A stretch of DNA of 64,000 nt, from assembly GCA_965113315.1 (NCBI GenBank), contig OZ220364.1, one strand, 5' to 3'. Source of the stretch: Podarcis vaucheri (lineage: Eukaryota). This document shows, in pieces, positions 54,310 to 64,000 of the stretch. Within the stretch, counting starts at the first letter, position 1; the number at the start of each line of letters is the position of its first letter. Position numbers and translations under genes: made by a program. The notes below the pieces were generated by a model that saw only the letters and a program-made list of their open reading frames with translations, was not told the DNA's origin and did not search any database.

Positions 54310-54606
54310 CAGTGGTACCTCGCAAGATGAATGCCTCGCAAGACGAAAAACGCGCAAGACGAAAGAGTTTTCTGTTTTTTGAGTCATTCCGCAAGACGAA
54401 TTTCCCTATGGGCTTGCTTCGCAAGACAAAACGTCTTGCGAGTTCTTGCGAGTTTGTTTCCTTTTTCTTAAAGCCGCTAAGCCGTTAATAGCCGCTAAGC
54501 CGCTAATAGCTGCTAAGCTGCTAATAGCCGTGCTTCGCAAGACGAAAAAACCACAAGACGAAGAGACTCGCGGAACAGATTAATTTCTTCTTGCGAGGCA
54601 CCACTG
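54310..54606 (-). mobile_element. Tc1/mariner/pogo MITE, family B (297 bp), opposite orientation to 36022
   Basis: TA|CAGTGGTACCTCGCAAGA ... TCTTGCGAGGCACCACTG|TA. Internal (agccgcta[at])n array at 54472-54530. Confidence 0.9.
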
Positions 54607-56827
54607 TACTCAGATTTCTGAGCTAGTGTGACTATCTGCCACCATGGTCTCTTGGTGCTAAGGTTTAAGACAGGAAAAGCTGCTCTCAGCAATCCCAGAT
54701 GGATTCTGACTTCCCAATGAAATGCTACTGTTATTTGTATTTGAACCGTAGTCCGGATTTTGACTTCTGTTATATGACCATGGTGGATGGGGCAGAAACT
54801 GTACAAGTGTCTGGAAACCTGTTTCTATTTTATTACCAAGTTAATGGCACACTTGTTGAAAAATAAGGGTGGTCTATTTCATCTTTTTCTTCATGTTTCT
54901 GCTGCACTGCAAAAGTGAACCTTACTCATGAGATTATTGTGATCATATGAAATTCAGACAAATACGTATTTGAATATAGGAACTGAAATTCATTGTTCCT
55001 ACACTGCCTCCCTGTTTCATGCCATAACCACTTTCTCTTCCCCACCCCCTTTCCATTAAGAAATAAACTTTTCCCATCTACACCTTAAGAAATGCTGATG
55101 CAAAGATTGTGATGGGGCTTACAGAATGTTATCCTCTTCTGAATGATATGTATAGCTTGTTAAAAGTTGTTCCACCTCACTAAACATTGCTAATAATCAA
55201 TTGCTATTTAATTAACCATTGACCAAATACATCTAAATTAAATCTTTATTGGAGACACTTAAAGTGCAGACAATACTTTTTATTAATTAACTGTGCTTTA
55301 AATATCTGAGTTTAGTACGCAAACATCCCTGTCTCCATCCCTTAGTATCCAAACATCCCTGTTTGGCTAGCATTGAATTGAGTTTGGTTGTACAGTATTA
55401 TTACTATTCTTTGCAGCTGTTGTGAAGAAATTGGAACCAGAGTAAATGTTTCTCTTGCATAGCACTAAAAAAAAAAAAGCTTCATTTGCTCTAATTGTGG
55501 CTTATATTGTTTTTTATCACATCAAATCCTGCTTTAATCATTTATCACCCTTCTTTGCTAAGGCTGAAATCGGGTCTCCCACATACAGGTCTCCCACGTG
55601 ACACTTACAACTATACTAACATGAAGTTGTCTGAGTTGGGGGGGGGGGTTGGAGAAGCAGCAATAACTGTACTCTCTCTAATTTTGTACTATGCAGCACC
55701 CCATAGCAGCCATTTTTGGACTGGTGCCCACAACACTGTCATAATTCAAAATGTGCCAACTGGTCCAAAAAGCTTGGTGATCCCTGGTCTAATTATCTCA
55801 TAATTCTGAGTACACACAAAGCCAATGCACACTCTGCCTACAAACCATCAATCTAGAAGTAGGCAAAGTAGAGACGTTCTCCTCCAAAATTACAGATCAA
55901 ATTCACACCCATCAGCAGTGTCCACAATTTAGCCCTGCCTGTTCTCTATTACACATAAGCTTTTATATGTTCTACATTACATATAAAATTAGGAGTTCTA
56001 ATTTAAAAACGATTTGCCCTCAAAAAAAAAAAAGACAGCGCTGTGGTTATAATTTAAGCAGATGTTCTGTTAGTTTTTACCTAACCTTTTCTGTTACCTG
56101 TGCTGAACTTTAGCTTATTATTTCCAATGCAATGGAATATATAAATAGAAGCTACTGTAAACCATAAGACTGTCTGGTTAGGCTTCAGATGAAGTATCTG
56201 GTTTGAAAACTTATCTGTACCAATTAGAAAAAAGGAAAACAGTACCAGCTGGTGATCATGACCCTGGAACTTTCAAGGGAGACAACAGATGCCAAGTAAA
56301 TGAAGCAAAACAAGGCAATATTCAGATTCCATTGAAGATTCTAGAGGATGAAAAGGTCAAATACAATCACTATTGTTGCACAATTGAAGTCACACTTTAT
56401 GAGACTTGCTTGATTGGTCAATTAAGTGATCATAATTGCCTAAATAGGTATATGAATAAAAAATAATAGTTAGTGAAGCAAAATTGTTTTAGGTGCATGT
56501 GCATCCTAGTGAGCAATGCCATCATTATCAATATATTGAGGCCAAAAAACCCACTATTTTTTGCCATATTAGATGGCAGCAAAGCTTGGGCAGTTACTGA
56601 GCATTGCTGTCCTTTCATATATGGCTAGCAGCACAAGCCTATGAATGTTTGCTCAATCCTACTGAATTTGGTTAAATTTACTGCTAAGAACCTAAGCTGG
56701 GTTGTGTTAAGCTTAGGAGGTCACAAGTTGTACAGGGCTTCACACTTAGAACAGAAAGACAGTTTCATAAGGCTGTAATGGATTTATGAGAAGCATTAAT
56801 GATACAGGAAACCAGGTTTCACCGGAC

Positions 56828-56859
<32 letters not shown>
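56828..56859. repeat. (ATCA)8 microsatellite
   Basis: Read directly from the sequence. Confidence 0.97.
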
Positions 56860-57364
56860 GTCTTGCAGTTTGCCTTTGCACCATTAATTAAGCACTGCAG
56901 ATTTCTTTTTTGTTTCTCTATCAGAGACTAGCTTTGATTTTATGGTGCTCTGGGGATTTGCTCCATTGTTAGAGGAAAAATCTCATGCTGCTGTTTATGA
57001 TCATAGTCATAAAATAGTCCTTGATGGTTGTTGGGTAGCAGTAGCCTAAACAGACTCTTTTATAGCTCCCAATGAAATCTCAATATTTAGTCCGTCTGTT
57101 AGGTGGTAAAAACAGAAGTTGGTGCATCTTGCCTGAACACTTGAGGCTCTAATTATTGTCTCCACTGCAATCAAGGTTTAACTGCAATCACAGCAGTGTT
57201 TGTGACATATTCATTAGATTGTGTGTGCTACATTATGGTTACACCTTTTGGCTACATTATGTAATGTCACTGAAAGTTTCTCCAGACTCTACCAATGTCT
57301 TGGTCTATCTGCTGTAATAGACCAAGACTTAAACCAGACTACCATAACTAAAAATGACATCATA

Positions 57365-57739
57365 CAGCAGTGGAGGAAGTCGCTTGGGCGCCTGGGGCAG
57401 CAGTGGAAGAATTCGCTTGGGTGCCTGGGGCAGGGTGAGGGCGGGGTGAGCCACCCATAGGGGCAGGGTGCACCACGGGGCCTCCAGAGTCTGCCTGCCT
57501 CCTCCCACTCAGTCACCCTATAGCTGTGGGGGGCAGCAGATGGACCGCTGGGGTAGCCCAGAGCCTACGCGGGCCAAGCCACCGCAACTCTACCAGGAGA
57601 GATGTGTGGCTCGGGTGCACTGCAGGCCCAGCAGTGAGTGCCGCCCAGAATTTTGTCTCTCTCTCTCTCACACACACACCCCTCAGTGGTGACACCCGGG
57701 GCGGCCCACACCCACCACACACCCCTTCCTCCACCCCTG
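57365..57739. mobile_element. GC-rich hAT-type non-autonomous element (375 bp)
   Basis: 15-bp imperfect TIR cagcagtggaggaag / cttcctccacccctg. Perfect 8-bp TSD acatcata (57357-57364 / 57740-57747). Confidence 0.88.
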
Positions 57740-60169
57740 ACATCATATATAATTGAAGTATGTGTTATTTAACATATATATCACACATATTAACAGGCAA
57801 CCACTATTATGACTATTTCAAGGCTTGCTTCCTCACTACTCATTTGCTAATTAATTGACATGTAAGTGAATATTCCAATGTCCCAATAACATTGAACCTA
57901 AGTTTGCCAAGAAAGAGTCAATGAGAGGAGAAACTGAAAACTATTTTGATAGCATACAACCAGGCAGGCAGCAATCTCAAATCTGGTACCATCTATTCCC
58001 ACTTTTGACAAGCACTGAATTTTACTACCATGACCTTTGAATAAATCCAACTATGCGGCTCAGAAACTGTTAAGCTTTAAATTAGTATTATATGCTGAAA
58101 TACAGAAGGATATTCATCCACACAACTTTCACATTCACAACCTACGGTGTCTCCCCCCCCCCCATTCTACACGTCCTTTTTTTAAAAAAAGCTGGCCTAA
58201 CAAACTAGGTTTTTTCCTTTCTTTTCTTTTCTTTTCTTAAAATTGTTTGGGAACTTTAGTTTTTGTTTTTAACCAGGGGTAAAGAGCACTCCAGGGATTC
58301 TGGGAAGAGTAGCTTTCAAAAGGAGAGCTGTGGAAAAATCTGGTGAGTGAAGGAACTTCTGTTCATAACCCTCCATATCCTGTTGCACTAATTTAAGACT
58401 AATTAAACTCTGTTGCAAAAGAGACCATCTATTAAAAGCAGCCATGCACAATGAAGAAGCTCAAGAACCCAATTCTGTCACCTTGGTTCCCTCTCTTGAT
58501 TAGAGGATAGTAAATAATTGGCTTTCTCCATTGCAAATAGTAAATCTGTAGGCCTGACACTTGGGGAGCAAAATCTAATCCTAGGACACCAGCATCCTTA
58601 TAAAAGGAGAATCTGGATGAATAAAAAACGAGGAGGGGTATTCATTTTTCTGGAAGCTAGCAAAGGAATAAGCCACCTGCCTTTGCCATGAGGATTAGGA
58701 CACAAAACACTTTTTTATTCTACAAGTTGATCACTCTCAGAAGCTGAAACCATAATAGCCTTTGTGTCATTACAAAAGCACTGCACATTCATGAAAAAGT
58801 GATTTGTGTTGGAAAGTAATCCAGAGTAAACTGAATTGAATATTTTATGGAAATTAACTAGGCTTAGAATTTTGATACATTTTGACTATGCAATTTTCCC
58901 CCTGTGTTGGAATCTCATGTACTTTAAATGATAGTTTAGCAAAAATGACAACCGAAAAGAATGATTTTTCAAGAGTTATGACATGTAACAGAGCAGCAGT
59001 CATTGCCTACCTGCAAAACAGACCATTGAAGCCAAAGTGCACAGAACCTCCCATTTAAAAATACTATTTATATGAGTTTATGGGTTAAGGGAACTTGGGA
59101 ATTTAAATGTTTCTCTTTCTTGAAGTGGGCAATTATTTTGCGCAGGTTGATGTAAGACAGAACAAGCCACAGTGGAGCTCACTTTTGTATTTTTACAGCT
59201 TCAATTTCAAGTTGGTATCAGATGTACTAATCCCTTGGAAACTGCACATAAATCATTGCAATTCAATGAAAAGTAACAAAGAGTTTAAGAAAAAGCTCGA
59301 AAATATATTCTCCTAACAGTAGTGAATCGTGAAGGCAATTGAGAGAGAGAAATTGTCACTGGTGATGTGTGCAAAGTAATACAGAATAGTAGGAGGGGAG
59401 AACGTTACAGTAATTACAATCTATGGTGCAGACTGGGTCCAAAGGTTTCTGACATTCATCTATAAAATGCTTCCTCCAGTCTTCAGCCTAGTCCTCCCAA
59501 CATTATTCTATTCTATTCTACTCTGTTTTTTTATTTAAGTTGTATACTGTCCGTCATATGAAGATCACAGGGCAATTCACAAGATAAAAACACTCCTCCT
59601 CTCCATTACAGTGTAGATTCCTCCTCTTTCTTTCTTTCTCTCTCTCTCTCTCCCTCCCTCTCTCACCCCCGCCTCCCAGGATTTTAACAGAGAATTCTAC
59701 CCAGCACTAACTATGTCCTGCATAACCTGGACTAAGCCAGAAAGTGATGGAATCATCTAAAATGAAGGTAAGACTCTGTTTTAAGAATTCCTTTAAAACA
59801 AAAAACAAAACAAAAACCTCAGATTTTGACTCTCTGGTTACCTTTCTGATGCCATCAGAAGCCGATTTGCCTATTGTGTAGAGAACATCCCTGCTTTCCA
59901 ACTCTACAATTCTATGATTCAAACACCTCACCCAAAATCTTTTTAAAGGTGCCACTTAAAGCAAAGAGTCTTCATCAGAGGAGAGAAATGATTCTCATCT
60001 CTCCCTTTGATCTTGAGGATCTGTCAATTTGTTCCCGTCAAGGTGTTGAAGGTGATATGGGTAAGGCATGCTCTATTTGCACAGAGCCATCCTCAGTACC
60101 CACCCAATGGTCAGAAAATCTGTTTCCACTGGATGGTGTAGAGAAGCCATCTCCTGCTGCAAGGAACTA

Positions 60170-60405
60170 CAGTGGTAGCTCAGGTTAAGTACTTAATTCG
60201 TTCCAGAGGTCTGTACTTAACCTGAAACTGTTCTTAAACTGAAGCACCACTTTAGCTAATGGGGCCTCCTGCTGCGCCGCCGGAGCACGATTTCTGTTCT
60301 CATCCTGAAGCAAAGTGCTTAACCTGAAGCACTATTTCTGGGTTAATAGAATCTGTAACCTGAAGCATATGTAACCTGAAGCGTATGTAACCCAAGGTAC
60401 TACTG
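60170..60405 (+). mobile_element. Tc1/mariner/pogo MITE, family A
   Basis: TA|cagtggtagctc...aaggtactactg|TA. Close homolog of 61625-61866. Confidence 0.9.
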
Positions 60406-60421
60406 TATTATATTGCCAACA

Positions 60422-60809
60422 GAGACACTGGTGGCGCTGTGGTCTAAACCACTGAGCCTCCTGGGCTGCTGATCAGAAGGTCGGCAGTTCGAATCCCCGC
60501 GATGGGGTAAGCTCCCGTTGCTCTGTCTCAGCTTGCCAACCTAGCAGTTCGAAAGCACACCAGTGCAAGTAGATAAATAGTTAACCCTGCGGCGGGAAGG
60601 TAAACACCATTTCTATGCGCTCTGGCTTCCATCATGTTATACCATTGTGCAAGAAGAGGTTTAGTCATGCTAGCCACATGAGCCAGAAAGCTGTCTGCAG
60701 ACAAACGCCTGCTCCCTCGGCCTGAAAAGTAAGATGAGTGCCGCAACCCCATAGTCGCCTTTGACCAGACTTAACCATCCAGGGGTCCTCTATCTTTACC
60801 TTTTTTACC
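60422..60809 (+). mobile_element. Full-length Sauria SINE
   Basis: A and B boxes, conserved body and acctt tail. 13-bp TSD tatattgccaaca (60409-60421) / tatattaccaaca (60810-60822). Confidence 0.9.
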
Positions 60810-61174
60810 TATATTACCAACACCCATCCCGGCAATCCATTGCTAAGTACACAAGATCCAACTCTGAGATCCCTAACCCCTGGCAATATTCAGATCAGCT
60901 TTCCTTCATATCAGATTCACCAAATACTTGGTAAAATCAGATAGAGTGCAATTTTGAAAAATATTTCATTCGCATGCCTGAACCCTGCATACCTTAACCA
61001 TAACGTACCCTCTGAATCTCATAGGTACCAGGTTCCACCTTAGTTGGCCATTCAGAATCCCTGACTGGTCATGCACTGAAACATTTTATACAATCCTCTC
61101 AAAGATGACAAACCTGCACACGGATCTTTCTTCAAACTCCAGCTGTGCTGGAAACCATTGTCCCTCAATTCTTT

Positions 61175-61360
61175 GGGGAAGGGCCATAATTCCATGATAA
61201 AGCATCTGCTTTGATTCAGAAAGTCCCCCATTTGCCCTCTGCCAGGTATAGCTGGAAAAAGACTTCTGCCTGCAACCCTAGAGAGCTACTACCAGTCAGT
61301 GTAGCCAATATTCAGCTAGATGATCCTATGGCCTAAGTATAAGGTAGCTTCCTATGTTTG
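61175..61360 (+). mobile_element. Squam3-like tRNA-derived SINE
   Basis: ggggaagggccata...agcatctgctttg head and ...ccagtcagtgtag...aaggtagcttcctatgtt tail. Confidence 0.7.
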
Positions 61361-61624
61361 TCTGTTTAGACCACTCCCCTTCCATGGGGGGGTGGAGTTG
61401 TGGACGGGCATCCAAGACCTCACTGTGACCTGGCAGGGGACAGAGTGATGCCGCCCTCATCATCGGGACTCCCAGCCACGTCATGTCCCCCGCTGACCAA
61501 TCGGGTTAGCCGGGGGGGGCATAGCCTGACAAAGTAGCTTCCTATATTTGTTTGTTTACTTCAATTGACTTTCTACTCTGCTTCCTCTGCTAATGGTCTT
61601 CTCTACTTTCTTCTTTCTCTTATA

Positions 61625-61866
61625 CAGTGGTACCTCGGGTTAAGTACTTAATTCGTTCCGGAGGTCCGTTCTTAACCTGAAACTGTTCTTAACCTGAAGC
61701 ACCACTTTAGTTAATGGAGCTTCCTGCTGCCGCTGTGCCGCCGAAGCCCGATTTCTGTTCTTATCCTGAAGCAAAGTTCTTAACCTGAAGCACTATTTCT
61801 AGGTTAGCGGAGTGTGTAATCTGAAGCGTATGTAACCTGAAGCGTATGTAACCCGAGGTACCACTG
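61625..61866 (+). mobile_element. Tc1/mariner/pogo MITE, family A (242 bp)
   Basis: Perfect TIR TA|CAGTGGTACCTCGGGTTA ... TAACCCGAGGTACCACTG|TA. Confidence 0.93.
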
Positions 61867-63184
61867 TATGTAGGTCAGCAATGAAGGGTTTCTTTCAACA
61901 TCTACAACAGAGCATGTCAAGGGAAGAGAGGCATGCTCTCTCTTTTCCCTATTTGGCCACAGGCCTACAACTATGGATCTCAAGAAAAACAAACTCCCTG
62001 TTGTTTTGTTCATGTAGACATTGAACCTGCATTGCAGCAGGAAGCTTAGGGAAGTATGGTGGTGACATTCTAGAGAGCAGCAGAGAGGCATATTCTAGGC
62101 AACTGTAATAGGTTATCTTTAGGACATGCAATGCATTAGCTGCTGCTGGGCGATACTGAGACAGAGAGCTTCTTGGGGAAAGTACCAACATTAGATGGCG
62201 GCTGAAGATAGAAAATTGGACCTCCAAGTCAATGAGCTTCAGTAACAAAGACAACTTCCTCATATTTCATATTTGAATGAAAATTACTCCACAGGTGGCT
62301 TCAGTGTTTTATTTTTCCATCCTAATTTGGTCAGATTCTTGTATCTTGGCACTTCAGTCTTTTACTGCAGATAATTTTCTACTAAATGAGGTTCTTGAAT
62401 CTGAAACAAATACACCTCACAAAGCAAATGCATCTCTTGTCGGTCTGCATGACAAGTATTAAAATAAGCTTTGTAACAGTTCATGCAGGGAATATTTATA
62501 CAAGAATGCTGCAGATGTTGTAAAGCAATGGTAATTGCCAAATCAATCATTCTTAACCTTTTGTCTCAGACATTACATAACGCTTATGTTAAAGCTTGGC
62601 TTAATTTTTCAGGGTATAAGTGGTGCTGTAATCATAGCTATAACGTACAGGTTCACTGGAGCCTTCGTTTTAAATGTACCGTTGTCAGTTTACACAGAAA
62701 TCTGACTATAAACCATCTGTTGCTGAAACTGGTCATTATCAATTTTGTCAGTCTGTTACTAAGTTCTGCAGATGCTAACCAGTTGGAACCATCTGTTTGT
62801 GTCAAAAAGTAACAGTTCATTTTGAAGGAGAGAAAACTGGCATTATTGGAGAATACTTGCAATGTGCTCTTGACCTCAGCAGAGGTAGAGCAAACCAAGA
62901 TATCAGAGTAACAGTCATTTGTGAAATAAGTATGCTAAAAGAAATGACTATTTGTATCTCACTTCCCGGCAAGGTCAACTTGAAGCTACTGAGTAACAAT
63001 ATTCTAGAAATTGACTTAATACTCGTTTTCTATTTCTGTAGATTGTGGCCTGAATTTCTGCACTGGATATAAGGGTTCCAAATTTGCCTTATGTTCTGAA
63101 GTCAGACTTGGTAATTCTAGCTGAATTTTTTGCCCTATGCTTCCTCCCTTCACTGTGATTAGATCACTCCCTCCCTTCCTCACA

Positions 63185-63185
<1 letters not shown>

Positions 63186-63230
<45 letters not shown>
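63186..63230. repeat. (CA)22 microsatellite
   Basis: Read directly from the sequence. Confidence 0.98.
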
Positions 63231-63232
<2 letters not shown>

Positions 63233-64000
63233 CTACCTTCCACAACCCACTGGTGCAATATGATCTACCACCTTTGGGGAATCATTATTTTAAAGTGTAG
63301 CATGTTGAAGGGGTAATATTTTAGTTTGCCATGAGCTAGCTCAATTTTATGGGAACATAAATGAAATAATGAATTTATTTGATGGATCTCACAGCAAATG
63401 TCAAAATTCAACAACTTACGCAGGAATCTATCTTCCTAAAGAATGGGTTCTAGTGCACTAACGGCGCATGCAGGTAATGTATTTAAAATAATAAAGCAGA
63501 ATGGGGCCTATTATCACTGAAGGCTCATTCTTTTCCTTGAGTCTCTGTCATGCCATTATTTATTATTTTCCTAGTTCACGTACAGCTGCTCAAAATCACA
63601 GGAATAAAAGCCCTGTGCTCAAAGAACTGGTGAGACTGAAAGATATTCCCATGAACGTTCACTGAAAACAGAACAAAGAAATGAACATGATAATGATCAA
63701 ATTTCTAATCGGATACACTGTTGAAACCACAGGAGCTAGATACACTTCCATGACAACACTAACATGACAACAATAATATTTACTGCATGTAGCTCATGCA
63801 TTCACGATTGCTTTCATAAATATCACAGCAACTAGTGAGCAGATTTTATCATCTAGTACTGTGGTAGAGGATGAGGCTATTCAGTTTTCCTGTTTAGTCA
63901 TGCTCATGCACTCCATTTTGTATAGTACTGGTAAACTTTTTCAGTTTTTTAATTATTTTTAATGGTACAACAGTGCTTTCATAGACTACTGTCATGATTA

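Overview
Vertebrate genomic DNA, not microbial. The repeat complement (Sauria/Squam1 SINEs, Squam3-like SINEs, CR1/L2 tails, Penelope fragment) indicates a squamate reptile, most likely a lacertid lizard (inference). The window holds the last five coding exons of SPOCK1 (testican-1) on the + strand: 13564-13680, 21835-22056, 24682-24744, 26957-27094 and 29948-30138 (stop). All introns are GT-AG and splice into one continuous frame covering the EC calcium-binding domain, the thyroglobulin type-1 domain and the acidic C-terminal domain with Ser-Gly GAG sites. Bases 1-13563 are upstream intron, a probable ~3 kb 3' UTR follows the stop, and the rest appears intergenic. Almost all short ORFs in the track are spurious. 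The non-coding DNA contains several well-bounded non-autonomous DNA transposons (TA-flanked Tc1/mariner/pogo-type and 8-bp-TSD hAT-type), SINEs with TSDs and microsatellites. The most notable items are a degenerate minimal hammerhead-ribozyme motif in a Penelope-like fragment, a GC-rich multi-hairpin transposon in the last SPOCK1 intron, possible N-Tes-like truncated testican-1 isoforms and a NAGNAG acceptor. I found no convincing previously undescribed protein-coding system. All family assignments are from recall and were not database-checked.
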